The notes under the pieces were generated by a model. That model was given only the letters and a program-made list of their open reading frames with translations. It had not been told where the DNA came from and ran no database searches. 38,742 nucleotides of DNA from Barthelona sp. PAP020 (taxonomy: Eukaryota): the NCBI GenBank assembly GCA_040182905.1, contig JARQWU010000071.1, positions 1-38,742 of the forward strand. The letters are read 5' to 3'. Positions 20,553-31,597 of the stretch are shown here, in pieces. Positions within the stretch are counted from its first letter, which is position 1; each line of letters begins with the position of its first letter. A program made the translations under genes and the position numbers.

Positions 20553-23357
20553 ATGGAAAATGATGATATATATCTTTGCAGTGTTCATATTAATGGATTT
20601 AAAAGTTTTAAAGAAAAAATTATATTAAATAGTTTAACAAATGAATTGATTTGTTTAATTGGAAAGAACTCAAGTGGAAAAAGTAATTTTGTTGATGCAA
20701 TTTTATTTGGGTTAGGTGTTAAACATGGTTTTTTAAGATGTGAAAGAGAACTTGATTTGATTTCTGATGAAATAGACCATTGTATTGTAACTTTAAGATT
20801 TTCAAATAATTTTAGCTGCAGTCGGGCTTTAAAATTAATGGAAAATAATGAAAATGAGAAAAAATTGAGACGGTTCTTTTTTATAAACAATCAGAAAGTT
20901 TCTAGTTTAAAAGAATATTGTGATCGTATATATGAAAATGTTTCAATAAATAGCTTTAGTCCCTCCACTTTTTGTTTATTACAACATGAAGCATCGAAAG
21001 TTTTAAACGGAAAAGGAATTGATATTTTGTCGTACATTGAGAGTTGTTTTGGATTAGATGAGGTCTATGAGCGCCAAAAAAAGAATGAAATAATTTTGGT
21101 AAAATTGCAAGAGAATATTGATGTTTTGACTATTAAAAAGAATGAATTAAATGCACAAAAGTATGATTATGAAAGTCAAGTGAAGGAACAAGAGAAATTA
21201 AGCAGTGAATTTGAGAGTATTGAACAAGAAATAAAAAGACTAAGAGATGAGTATTCTATTCAGCGAAAAAAATATTTAGAACAGTTAAAAACTGATATGA
21301 ATGAATTAAATGATGAAATAGAAGGAAAAAGCAAAGAAAAGAAGGAAGAAGAAGATATTAATCTGAAATTGAAGAAAGAATCTGAAGAATTAAATAAAGA
21401 GATTGTAATTGTTCAAAAAGATAAGAGTGAAGAGTTATTAAAATTGAGCGAATTGAATTTTGAGAGGAATGAGGTGAAAAAACAGATAAAGCATTCAAAA
21501 ATTCAAAAAAATAATGTGTATGGTTATAAATTAACGGAAGAAGAAAATAAAAAGGAGTTGAGTAGGGTAAAAGAACAATTAAAAGTTCATACAGCATGTA
21601 AAAGAAAAGATATTGTGAGAGAAAGGTTAGATCAGTTAAATATAGCAAAAAGTAACAAATTTGATCGTTTTACTTTCACAATTTCCAAGCATATTGAAGA
21701 TCTATTGGTTTCTGATCATGTATTTGGTACATTGAATCAGGTTGTTAAGATATCTGATGATTTTGTTGATAATGAGATCAATCAAAACAAAAAGAATGTG
21801 CTAGAATACATTTTAAATCAGTATCAAAATATTATCTTTTGTAAAAATAGAAATGCAGCTTTAATATGTGCTAAACGTATTGAGCATTTAAATCTTGAAT
21901 ATAATGTAATTTTTGAGTTTCCTCAAAATAATGAGGATGAAAAAGATGATGAATTTGAAAACAATGAATATTTTGATGTGTTAGAATTTAAGAATATTGA
22001 AACAAAAAGAATGATTTTAAGAAAATTGAAAAATTGGATTATTGTTGAAGATTTGAAAACTATTTCTTTAAAAAGAATGAAAAAAATGACTATTGATAGA
22101 TATGGGTATGTATATAATCCATTTGCTGGATCAATCAAGCAAAATAAGAGGTTTTCACTTGAAACTTTTTTTGTAAATCTTGTCTTTTCTAATGATATCA
22201 TACAATATGATGAAAAAGAAAAACAATCATTGGAAAAGGAGTATAATCATTTGGAAACAAATATCAATAACATATTAAATAGAAGTAAAAATGAGTTGGA
22301 AGATCTAGAATCTTTTGAACTTTTGAAAAAGAAAGAAAAATTTTTAATATCCAATAATTTCATTGATTTGGAAGATGTAGAAATATTAATGGAAAAACAG
22401 AACAATATTGAAATGAATATTTCAAATGTTGAAGAAGAATTGAAAAAATTAATAGCAGAAGATATTAATTTGCAAAATATATTTGGAAGCAATTTCAAAA
22501 AATTGCATGAATCTAATCATTCTTTAGCAAATTTAGAAAATGATTTGGATACTTTGATTCAAAGGTCGAAAAAGATTGATAAAATCCATCTTGCTTTGAA
22601 GAATTCGAAAGATCCTTTACAATTGATCAAAAACGACCAGCTAATTGCACATATTTTGCTTGAATTTCAAAATCAAAAGTTGATATCATTGGCAAATAAA
22701 ATAAGTGAAGAAAAAAATATTTTAATAAATATTCAAAGCAAAATCAATCCCGAAATATTTGAAATTTTTGCAAAATTTCAAGAAGATTTGTCAGAAATCA
22801 CTAAAAATCATAACAACCTCAAAAAAGATTTCAATTCAACAACTAAAATAATTGAAGATTGCTTATTGTTTCGGTATCTTAAGATCCAACAGATTTTACC
22901 AAGACTTAATGCTTTTGTTACAACAATCTTTGATAAACTATTGCCAAAAAGTCGAATTCTGTTGGAAAGAATGAACGATCAAAGTTTGCATTTTGATAAT
23001 GGTTTGCATATAAGTGTCAAACTTTTTCAAACAAATTGGACCAGTTTGGATAATTTGTCTGGTGGTCAAAAGGCTGCTGTTGGCGTCTCTTTAATAATCG
23101 GCACTTTCCTTTTAAATGCAAGCATGAATAATAAGCGTCCTTTTTTAATATTAGATGAGGTCGATAGTGCTTCTGATTGGTTGGTTTCCCAAGATATTTA
23201 CAAAGTAATTGAAAATTTGGATTCTCAAACATTTATGATCACCTTAAACTCAGTAAACTTCATGAAATGTAACTGTTTACTGGGATTTTCAAAACAGAAT
23301 GATGTAAGCACTTGTAGTATATACTTTGACAATGATTCTAAAATGATTGATGCTTAA
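20553..23357 (+). CDS. SMC-family ATPase, short (934 aa) and divergent
   Basis: INGFKSF, Walker A GKNSSGKSNFVDAILFGLG, LLQ Q-loop, two coiled-coil arms around a hinge-like region (VFGTLNQVV), signature LSGGQK, Walker B/D-loop LILDEVDSASD, FMITL. Confidence 0.88.
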   Translation: MENDDIYLCSVHINGFKSFKEKIILNSLTNELICLIGKNSSGKSNFVDAILFGLGVKHGFLRCERELDLISDEIDHCIVTLRFSNNFSCSRALKLMENNENEKKLRRFFFINNQKVSSLKEYCDRIYENVSINSFSPSTFCLLQHEASKVLNGKGIDILSYIESCFGLDEVYERQKKNEIILVKLQENIDVLTIKKNELNAQKYDYESQVKEQEKLSSEFESIEQEIKRLRDEYSIQRKKYLEQLKTDMNELNDEIEGKSKEKKEEEDINLKLKKESEELNKEIVIVQKDKSEELLKLSELNFERNEVKKQIKHSKIQKNNVYGYKLTEEENKKELSRVKEQLKVHTACKRKDIVRERLDQLNIAKSNKFDRFTFTISKHIEDLLVSDHVFGTLNQVVKISDDFVDNEINQNKKNVLEYILNQYQNIIFCKNRNAALICAKRIEHLNLEYNVIFEFPQNNEDEKDDEFENNEYFDVLEFKNIETKRMILRKLKNWIIVEDLKTISLKRMKKMTIDRYGYVYNPFAGSIKQNKRFSLETFFVNLVFSNDIIQYDEKEKQSLEKEYNHLETNINNILNRSKNELEDLESFELLKKKEKFLISNNFIDLEDVEILMEKQNNIEMNISNVEEELKKLIAEDINLQNIFGSNFKKLHESNHSLANLENDLDTLIQRSKKIDKIHLALKNSKDPLQLIKNDQLIAHILLEFQNQKLISLANKISEEKNILINIQSKINPEIFEIFAKFQEDLSEITKNHNNLKKDFNSTTKIIEDCLLFRYLKIQQILPRLNAFVTTIFDKLLPKSRILLERMNDQSLHFDNGLHISVKLFQTNWTSLDNLSGGQKAAVGVSLIIGTFLLNASMNNKRPFLILDEVDSASDWLVSQDIYKVIENLDSQTFMITLNSVNFMKCNCLLGFSKQNDVSTCSIYFDNDSKMIDA

Positions 23358-23691
23358 TTGAGATTTTAGGGCTGAATTTAAATTTCAAGTGTCTTTCAAT
23401 CAATTATAAATGTTTAATAATTTTTGAACTTTTTTTTAATATTTTTTGATTAAAATCAGTTATTGATTATTTTGAAAATAATTCTTGAAAGATTCAACCA
23501 ATTATTGAGTTGTTTAACTTTTTATGAACTTTTTTTTCTGAAGTCTATTTTTATTCGACAAACGTGTTTCAAAAGCTCATGAAATTTATAAATATTATTC
23601 AAAATTTAAAAAAGAAAAGAATCGGAACAGATTTGTCAAAGATTTCAATAATTGTTTTATTCTTTGTTTAAAATTATTATTGTTTGTATCT

Positions 23692-25329
23692 ATGAGTGAA
23701 GAAACAAAAATAGCTGATGAATTACCCAAATCAAACTCACTGAAATACATAATGAAATCAAACAGCAGTAGAAATTTGACTAAGAGTTCTTTAAGATTAA
23801 GTAGACCGAATATATCATCGAGTTTGAAAGATTTACAGTTAGATGAACAAAATAATGGTGAATTTAATGAAATGACAGTTGAGAAATTTCCTGTTTCACA
23901 AAATAGACAAGGAAATCCAAGTATGGTTGGGCAATCATCATTTGCAAATGTTTTTTCAACATTAAAATTAAGTTTCAGTAATTTACCCAGTTTTGCCTCA
24001 ATGACTGGACTTGGTGCAGGACTATACATGGATGAAATTGATAATGACGCTGGAAAACCCCAAGAAAAACCTCAATTTGAAAATGTTCCTGATGATAACA
24101 AAGAAGAAGTTGGGATGAAATCAAATGGTGCCTCAGTTAAAGCCACTACCGCAAATTTAGCCAACAATATGATTGGTTCCGGTCTCATTCTTTTGCCATA
24201 TGCAATGAAATTATGTGGTTTGATAAGTGGTCTTATCTTAATGGTTATTATGGGTTTAATATCAATGTTCACATTAAGTATTTCTGTTTATAATTCCAAA
24301 TTATCTGGTAGATTTGTATTTAAGCGAATAATTAACAAAGCTTTTGGACCAAACGTTACCAATGTCATTAATATCATGACTCTCTTTTATTCTTTCTTAT
24401 TAATGAGCGCTTATATTGTTATTGTAAGGGACTATACTTACATGTTCACTGGTTGGTTCGCATCTGATCCCCTCAATCCTCCTTTCTTTTTAACTAGAAA
24501 TTTTATGACATCTATTTTGGTGTTAGGATTTATGCTTCCGCTAGCTTTATTCAAAGATATGAAAGCTCTAGCATTTAGCTCAGTTATTGCTTTGATTGGA
24601 ATTGCAACCACTGTTTTAACTGTGTTTATACAATTCTTTCAAAAGGCTTTCACTCCTGATCATTTTTCAAACACCTCATTTGTTTGGTTTAAGTTCAATA
24701 TGGAACTCTTTGAAGCGGTTCCAATCATGCTTTTTGCTTTTTCTGCTCACATTAACATCAACACATTTTACCGAGAATTAGGTAGAAGATCAGTTTCCAA
24801 AATGAATAAGGTCATTGGTTCAGCAGTCGGTATCAATTTTTTGTTTTACAGTTTTGTTTCTGTATTGGGGTATTTGTCGTTTGGTATTTTGACAAAAGAT
24901 AACATTTTGACCAATTTTGAAGATGGAAGCGTTTTAACTTATGTTGCTAGAATAGCAATGACTCTTGTAATATGTTGTTCTTATCCTATTGTGAGTTTTG
25001 GTGCAAGAGTTGTTATTTTGAATTTGCTTCCACCTCAAAAGCGAACTGATGGAAAATATATTCGTATTGTGGCTGTTATATTGGTTATATTTTCGTTATT
25101 TTTAGGATTGATGGTAGAATCTGTATCGTTCATTATTGGTTTTTGTGGTGCAACAATTGGATGCTTTATTTCATTTATACAACCCCCTTTGACATTTTTA
25201 CGTTTGTCAAAAAGGAAAGCAAAAAAATTCTCAAAACTTCGAATTTGCAGTTTTTGTATGATAGTTGTTGGTCTCTTAATTCTTTTATTCTCTCTTTTTA
25301 TGTGGTATAAAAAATGGTTTATGAATTGA
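23692..25329 (+). CDS. Amino acid transporter, AAAP/SLC38 (Aa_trans) family
   Basis: NLANNMIGSGLILLPYA, LPLALFKDMKALAFSS, PIMLFAFSAH, GYLSFG, SYPI; about 11 TM helices after a roughly 145-aa hydrophilic S-rich N-terminus. First ATG at 23692. Confidence 0.92.
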   Translation: MSEETKIADELPKSNSLKYIMKSNSSRNLTKSSLRLSRPNISSSLKDLQLDEQNNGEFNEMTVEKFPVSQNRQGNPSMVGQSSFANVFSTLKLSFSNLPSFASMTGLGAGLYMDEIDNDAGKPQEKPQFENVPDDNKEEVGMKSNGASVKATTANLANNMIGSGLILLPYAMKLCGLISGLILMVIMGLISMFTLSISVYNSKLSGRFVFKRIINKAFGPNVTNVINIMTLFYSFLLMSAYIVIVRDYTYMFTGWFASDPLNPPFFLTRNFMTSILVLGFMLPLALFKDMKALAFSSVIALIGIATTVLTVFIQFFQKAFTPDHFSNTSFVWFKFNMELFEAVPIMLFAFSAHININTFYRELGRRSVSKMNKVIGSAVGINFLFYSFVSVLGYLSFGILTKDNILTNFEDGSVLTYVARIAMTLVICCSYPIVSFGARVVILNLLPPQKRTDGKYIRIVAVILVIFSLFLGLMVESVSFIIGFCGATIGCFISFIQPPLTFLRLSKRKAKKFSKLRICSFCMIVVGLLILLFSLFMWYKKWFMN

Positions 25330-25635
25330 TTTGATAAATATATGAAAATTTTACAAATTTTTTTTTTTTTGCAAAAAATTATAAAGAAAAATATTTTTGT
25401 CGAATAAAAAGGTATGTGTCAGAAAGCAAAAATCTCGGGTAAAAAAAAATAAATAAAAAAAGTAGTGGAGAGAAAAGAATTTTTAACTTTTTTTATAATT
25501 TCTCTTTTTGAGTTTTGCTTTGATTTAAAACAAATTCCAGGTTTTAAATTATCTATTCTCATGTGTTTCGAAATTATATAGCATTTTCATTATCTCATTT
25601 TAAAGAATTTCACAAATAGTTAAAATAATTTAATA

Positions 25636-28600
25636 ATGTCAAAAAAGGCAATTGATGCGTATGCATATCCTGAATCTACTTTTTCCAGTGATGGAAAAGT
25701 AAAGAATTCAAAAATTGTTACCAGAGAATTACATGGTTTCAAAGATATTAAGTGTTTTGCAACATCAAAATTTAAAATGAAGGTTTACTATTTCTTTTCA
25801 TTTCTTTCTGTTGGTATTTTGCCAATTATTTGTCATTGGTATCCCAAATTTTTTTTGAGCATGACATGTAACGAAATTGTCAGATATGACAAATTGAGAA
25901 AGAATGATAAGGTTTGTTTTTATGATTCAAATAATTCTTTAAATATGCATATTTGTACCATTGATAGTACTGAAGGATCTAATTTATTGTTTTTTGAGCA
26001 TAATTTTTTAAAGTTTTTTTTACTTAATCGTGTAAAAAGACGTATTTCTAAGGTTGATTCATATTTAGAACCTGAAGATTTGATTCCTGTTGATAATTTA
26101 GGACAATTTTTGTTGCCCCATTTGGATTTGTTCCTTCCCCCCTCTGAGATTATACGTGAGTATCAAACTGGATTAGATGAGGATGAGGTTAATCAATCTT
26201 CTGTATTTTTTGGAGATAATTTTGTGAGAATTCCAGAAATTCCATGGTATTCACTGTTGTTTGCTGAAATTTTGAATCCCTTTTATATGTTTCAAGTATT
26301 ATCTATGATTTTATGGTATTTAGAAGATTATTATTATTATGCATTTTGTATTCTGGTAATATCTGTTGTTTCAGTGTTTATTGAACTATATGAAACGATC
26401 AAACAACGTAAAAAACTGGTAAAAATGATGGCAACGAAATCTGAATTAATTAGTGTTCTCAGAGATGGTAAATGGAGTTATATTCAATCATCAAAGCTTG
26501 TTCCTGGGGATATTTTTAGGTTAGAAGCAAATAAATCAGTTAATTGTGATGCCGTAGTAATCAAAGGAAAATGCATTGTTGATGAATCAAGTATCACAGG
26601 TGAAAGTATTCCAACAACAAAAACTTGTTTACAACGGGAAGATAAGTACATTTTTAATGCTGATAATGATCGAAGACATACCGTTCAATCTGGAAGTGAA
26701 ATAATGGCTGTTTCCAACAATTGTTTATGTTTGGTTTCAAGAACAGGATGGTCTTCTTCAAAGGGTCAGTTATTGTCCACGCTTTTATTTCCACAAGAGA
26801 CAGATTATCAATTTGAAAGGGATTCATATCGATTTGTTGGTTTCATGTCAATTATTGCACTGATTGGTTTAGCTTATACCTTCTACATTTTAAAAGACCA
26901 GAATTTGTCTTCTACTGAAGTTTTTTTCCGTGCATTAGATTTAATAACGACCGTTATTCCACCTTCTTTACCTGCTGCTTTAACTATTGGGGTTTCATTC
27001 AGTATGAGTCGTTTGGGCAAATGTGGGATATTCAGTATCATTCCAAGTCGTATTAGACATGCAGGACTACTTGATGTTTGTTGTTTTGATAAAACTGGTA
27101 CATTAACTGAAGATGGATTGAAAGTCAGTGGTTGTTATATTACCACTACCATATCTGGATTGTCTAATCAAATGCTTGACACAAGTCCTTATTCACTTGT
27201 TGAAGCTAGTGATGAATTGTTGGCTGTTTTTCATTCTTGTCATGGTTTGGAATTACTTGGGGAAAATTTACTCGGTGATCCTCTTGATCTTATGATGGTG
27301 AACGATTTACACGCTCCCGTGAAAGAATTGAGCAATAATCTTATCATTGGTAGTTATCATTTATTGAAACGTTGGGCATTTAGTTCTAAATCACAACGTG
27401 TTACTTCCATTGCTTTGGATGATTCTGATGATTCCATTTGGGTTTGTTTAAAAGGTTCTCCTGAACGTGTAGTTGACATTGTTAGAAAAGAAAGTATTCC
27501 AGCTAATTGGTCTTTGCTTTTAACGGACTTAACTAGTCGTGGGCTTCGTGTGTTGGCTTGCGCAGCTAGAAAGCATAAATTAGCAGCTAAGGAACAATTA
27601 TTACAAATGAGTCGACTTGGATTGGAGAGTAGTCTTGATTTTGTTGGTTTTATTGTATTTGAAAATGAACTGAGGGAGGATAGTCGTGCTGTTGTTTCAC
27701 AATTACAAAATGCTGGGGTTTCTGTTCGTATGGTTACTGGTGACAATGTTAAAACTGCAGTGGCTGTTGCAAGAAATTGTGGAATGTTACAACCAAACAA
27801 AAAGCTTTACATATCTGAAGTTAATGATGGCATTGTTGATTTTGTTTTGGAAGACGGTTCTGAACGACTTGATTTGTTTAAAGTGTTGGAAAAAAAAAAA
27901 GTTAGTCAAAAACAGAAGAAATCAACTAAGTCATCAGCTAAAAAGGCGTATTCAAGAGATCCTTCTGAAATTTTAGATCTTCCTTTGTTGGAAGCTTCTG
28001 AAAAGTTAGAAAAAGATCAGTTGGAAGTCGATTTTGAAGATTTTCAGAATGAGCAAAAAACACCATTGCTTTTTAGAGCAATATCACCCACCGTTGAAAT
28101 TCAAAGAGTCACACAAGATTTTGACATTGCTGTTACAGGAGATTGTTTTAGAACAATTATTGGTGGTGTAGCTGAACACCGTGAACAAATGCAATCTATT
28201 TGTAATTCTGGGGATGAATTGAGTGGCTCTTTACTTGATTCAACGTTTGATATGGCTTTAGAAATTCCAAGTATGGATGATGTTAACTTTGTTGATGTTG
28301 ATTGTGATGAAGAAGAATTTCCTAGTTTCTGGGTTGGTTGTAGAAGACTTATTCTTCAACAATGTGTTATTTTTGCAAGAATGACCCCTGACGATAAGGA
28401 ATTGCTTTTAAAGAATCTTGCAAATTCAGCCATGATTGGTGATGGAGCTAATGATTGTGGTGCATTGAAAGCGGCATCAGTTGGTGTCTCTTTATCAGAA
28501 GCTGAAGCTTCAACAGCAGCACCGTTTACTTCTAGTAACCCTTCACCATCTGCAATTATTGAATTGATTCGTGAAGGACGTTCAGCTCTTGTTACATCAC

Positions 28601-29241
28601 TTCAAGCCTTTAAATTCATGGAATTATATAGTTTCTTGGAGTTTTTTACTGTTATCATGCTTTATCAGATTGGATCGAATCTGGGAGATTGGCAATATTT
28701 ATATGTGGATTTGATTACTATTTGGCCACTTGCAGTTTCGATTTCTCGATCAACTGCTGCGAATACTATTGTTAAAAAGAAACCTCAAGCATCATTGGTG
28801 TCCAAATATGTTCTCGGATCTCTTTTAGGTCATGTTGTTCTTTTTTGCATTGGACAGATGCTTATTGTTTCTTTATTAACAAAACAACCCTTCTATGTTC
28901 CTTTTAAACCTATGGATAAGTGGGATCTAGCTTGTGTTGAAAATTCTACCTTGTTTTTATTTAGCAATTTTCAGTACGTATTTTTAGCTTTAATTATAAC
29001 TACTGGATTGCCATACAAGAAACCTGTTGTTACAAACATTTCAATGATTATTTCAAGCATTGTTCTGATTGGATTCAATGCTTATATGTTATTCACACCA
29101 AATGACTTTTTAAAGAAATTACTTATTGTTGTTGATATGCCTGAAGATTGGAAATTGGTAATAATTTATTTCAGTTTGGGTTATTTCGCTGTTGCATTAT
29201 TGTATGAGAAGCTCATTGTGGAAAAATTATTTAATAAATAG
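25636..29241 (+). CDS. P5B-type P-type ATPase (ATP13A2-5/Ypk9-like, putative polyamine transporter)
   Basis: EILNPFYMFQ, LVPGD, DESSITGES, TM4 PPSLP, phosphorylation site DKTGTLT, KGSPE, MVTGDN, FARMTP, GDGANDCGALK, LIREGRSALVTS. Confidence 0.95.
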   Translation: MSKKAIDAYAYPESTFSSDGKVKNSKIVTRELHGFKDIKCFATSKFKMKVYYFFSFLSVGILPIICHWYPKFFLSMTCNEIVRYDKLRKNDKVCFYDSNNSLNMHICTIDSTEGSNLLFFEHNFLKFFLLNRVKRRISKVDSYLEPEDLIPVDNLGQFLLPHLDLFLPPSEIIREYQTGLDEDEVNQSSVFFGDNFVRIPEIPWYSLLFAEILNPFYMFQVLSMILWYLEDYYYYAFCILVISVVSVFIELYETIKQRKKLVKMMATKSELISVLRDGKWSYIQSSKLVPGDIFRLEANKSVNCDAVVIKGKCIVDESSITGESIPTTKTCLQREDKYIFNADNDRRHTVQSGSEIMAVSNNCLCLVSRTGWSSSKGQLLSTLLFPQETDYQFERDSYRFVGFMSIIALIGLAYTFYILKDQNLSSTEVFFRALDLITTVIPPSLPAALTIGVSFSMSRLGKCGIFSIIPSRIRHAGLLDVCCFDKTGTLTEDGLKVSGCYITTTISGLSNQMLDTSPYSLVEASDELLAVFHSCHGLELLGENLLGDPLDLMMVNDLHAPVKELSNNLIIGSYHLLKRWAFSSKSQRVTSIALDDSDDSIWVCLKGSPERVVDIVRKESIPANWSLLLTDLTSRGLRVLACAARKHKLAAKEQLLQMSRLGLESSLDFVGFIVFENELREDSRAVVSQLQNAGVSVRMVTGDNVKTAVAVARNCGMLQPNKKLYISEVNDGIVDFVLEDGSERLDLFKVLEKKKVSQKQKKSTKSSAKKAYSRDPSEILDLPLLEASEKLEKDQLEVDFEDFQNEQKTPLLFRAISPTVEIQRVTQDFDIAVTGDCFRTIIGGVAEHREQMQSICNSGDELSGSLLDSTFDMALEIPSMDDVNFVDVDCDEEEFPSFWVGCRRLILQQCVIFARMTPDDKELLLKNLANSAMIGDGANDCGALKAASVGVSLSEAEASTAAPFTSSNPSPSAIIELIREGRSALVTSLQAFKFMELYSFLEFFTVIMLYQIGSNLGDWQYLYVDLITIWPLAVSISRSTAANTIVKKKPQASLVSKYVLGSLLGHVVLFCIGQMLIVSLLTKQPFYVPFKPMDKWDLACVENSTLFLFSNFQYVFLALIITTGLPYKKPVVTNISMIISSIVLIGFNAYMLFTPNDFLKKLLIVVDMPEDWKLVIIYFSLGYFAVALLYEKLIVEKLFNK

Positions 29242-29311
29242 GTTTTGAGTTTTTAAATTTGTTTTTTGAAAAAAAAGTTGTAATAAATTTACATTCAGTT
29301 AGCAAAAAAAA

Positions 29312-30706
29312 TTAATTTTGCTGAATCGAATATCTAAAAGAGACAATTGAATTTGGAGGAAGAGAATAGTTCAAATATTTTCCAAGATTCTCATCAAACA
29401 AGCTGATGTTTTGTTTCCTTAATGAAGAATTAACAGCAATAACAGAAATTTTATTATCTTGAGAACTAATTCCTGCAGTAACAACAACAGCCGAAATGTT
29501 AGGACTTTTAACATCAAAAATATTTGAATTCATAGGCAAATGTTTGGAAAAATGACGCATAGCATAATAATTTGGTTGAATATGAACTTCACCTTCCTCA
29601 ACAATCAAAGGAGCATCACAAAAATTATTTAAATGATTAGGGCCTCCACGATGATCTAATAAAATGTTCCAATCAACCCAACCCATTACTCCAACGTTGA
29701 AATCATGAGCAATATCCATTGCATATTTGACACCTCTACTCCAATCATTCAGAGAAACACCTGGACAATTACATCCCTCTGAATTCAAGTATAATTTCCC
29801 ATCAATTTTTTCATTGACAATTTGATTAATGGTATAGTTGTCATTCTCATACCAATGAAAAGCTATTCCATCAATTGAAGACCAGATTTTATCTGCAACT
29901 ATGGTCTCAACATATTCAATGAGTCTATCCCTATTATGATCGTATACCATGACCTTTACATTGGGATGATCATTCTTTATTGTTGGTATGAGAGAATTAA
30001 GATATTTCACGTAATCTAAAGGTTCTAACCAACAAGAATCCCATGTTTGTGCTCGAGAAGGTTCATTCATGGCTGTAATTCCCCAAAATTTGATATTTCG
30101 TTCCTCATAAGAACTAAGATATTTGGAAAAATACTGTGAAAAGGTGTCCATATGTTTATCAGATTTGAAACATCCATTCAATGAAGAATCCATGGCATTG
30201 TTGCTCTTCATCCAAGCAGGTGGAGACCAAGGTGAAGCAAAAAGCTTTAAATCTTTTTGATATTCTTGCGCTTTCTTGATCATAGGAACAATATATTTGT
30301 CTTCCATTGAGAAATCCCAGGAATTCAACTCAAAATCTCCATCAACTTCATTGTATGCATAATTTTGAGTTGAAAAATCACATGCACTGACATGTGTTCT
30401 GGCAAAATTGTAGTTATTCTCAGATTCTCCAAATATTTTTTCAAAAACATAGTTCTGTTGATCTTCAGACAAGGTTTGCAATACACTACTTGATGCTTGA
30501 GTCAAAGCAACACCATATCCCATAATATTTTGTTTGATCTTTGTATAATCAAGTTTAAATATATTGTCACTAGTTGGATTTTTATTAGAAAAGCTATAAG
30601 GCCTAATTTCCCAAGAATTCTCAGAGGATGAACTTATAATATCAACATAAATTATTTTTGCACAAATTATTCCAAGCAAACTTAAAAATACAGCATAATA
30701 TTTCAT
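29312..30706 (-). CDS. Glycoside hydrolase family 30 glucosylceramidase (GBA1-like), secreted/lysosomal
   Basis: Signal peptide MKYYAVFLSLLGIICA; CDFS, FASPWSPPAWMKSN, acid/base NEP, YDHNR, GIAFHWY, nucleophile SEGC, GWVDWNILLD..GGPNH. ATG at 30706. Confidence 0.93.
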   Translation of the reverse strand: MKYYAVFLSLLGIICAKIIYVDIISSSSENSWEIRPYSFSNKNPTSDNIFKLDYTKIKQNIMGYGVALTQASSSVLQTLSEDQQNYVFEKIFGESENNYNFARTHVSACDFSTQNYAYNEVDGDFELNSWDFSMEDKYIVPMIKKAQEYQKDLKLFASPWSPPAWMKSNNAMDSSLNGCFKSDKHMDTFSQYFSKYLSSYEERNIKFWGITAMNEPSRAQTWDSCWLEPLDYVKYLNSLIPTIKNDHPNVKVMVYDHNRDRLIEYVETIVADKIWSSIDGIAFHWYENDNYTINQIVNEKIDGKLYLNSEGCNCPGVSLNDWSRGVKYAMDIAHDFNVGVMGWVDWNILLDHRGGPNHLNNFCDAPLIVEEGEVHIQPNYYAMRHFSKHLPMNSNIFDVKSPNISAVVVTAGISSQDNKISVIAVNSSLRKQNISLFDENLGKYLNYSLPPNSIVSFRYSIQQN

Positions 30707-30766
30707 ATTATCAAAAAAAAAAAAAAACAATTTCAACTGTTTTTTTAACACATATATTTGGGATAT

Positions 30767-31597
30767 ATGTTTGGCGTTTTGATATTAGGAGCAGCTGGAT
30801 GTGGAAAGACAACGTTTGCTACTGCATTGAAAAGTTTTTATCAAGAAATTGGAAGAGATACTTGTTTGATTAATTTAGATCCAGCTGTTACCAGCTTACC
30901 ATATAAACCCGATATAAATATACGAGATTATATAAAATCAGAAGAAATTATGAAAGAAAAAGAAATAGGTCCGAATGGCTCCCTAATTTTTTGTTTAGAA
31001 GAATTTGTCGAAAACAGTGATTGGTTTTTTGAACAATTGGAATCATTTTCCAATCATTATTTGATTTTTGATTGCCCTGGTCAAATTGAAATATTTACAC
31101 ATGGTCAAATATTTACTTTTCTTTTAAAGATTTTTGAAAAGAAAGGAATTCGATTGTGTGCCTGTTGTTTACAGGATGTTGTTTGTGCTTTAGATGCAGG
31201 TAGATATTTGTCTTCATTATTGACTACTCTTTCCATCACAATGAATTTGGAGATTCCACATCTGAATTTTATTTCGAAACTGGATATGTTGAAAACGGCA
31301 CAGGATCCGATGAACCTTATTTTTGATCTAGAATTTATTCTTAAACCATATCCAACATTTAAACTTGCTGATTTGATAACTCAAGAGAATCAAGCTATGA
31401 AAAACTATCACAATCTTTCAGTTGCTTTGTGTGATGTGTTTGATGAATTTGGTTTGGTTTCATTTTTGCCATTGAGTGTGATGGAAAAAGAGAAAATGAC
31501 CATTGCTATTGAGAGCATTGATCATGCAACTGGATACGTCTATACTGAAAAAGAACGAGAAACTTTGGAAGCAATTGCAGAACAGTTGAATATTTGA
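30767..31597 (+). CDS. GPN2: GPN-loop GTPase, GPN2-like (RNA polymerase II assembly)
   Basis: GAAGCGKTT, INLDPA, IGPNGSLIFC, YLIFDCPGQIEIFTH, PHLNFISKLD, IDHATGY. ATG at 30767. Confidence 0.85.
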   Translation: MFGVLILGAAGCGKTTFATALKSFYQEIGRDTCLINLDPAVTSLPYKPDINIRDYIKSEEIMKEKEIGPNGSLIFCLEEFVENSDWFFEQLESFSNHYLIFDCPGQIEIFTHGQIFTFLLKIFEKKGIRLCACCLQDVVCALDAGRYLSSLLTTLSITMNLEIPHLNFISKLDMLKTAQDPMNLIFDLEFILKPYPTFKLADLITQENQAMKNYHNLSVALCDVFDEFGLVSFLPLSVMEKEKMTIAIESIDHATGYVYTEKERETLEAIAEQLNI

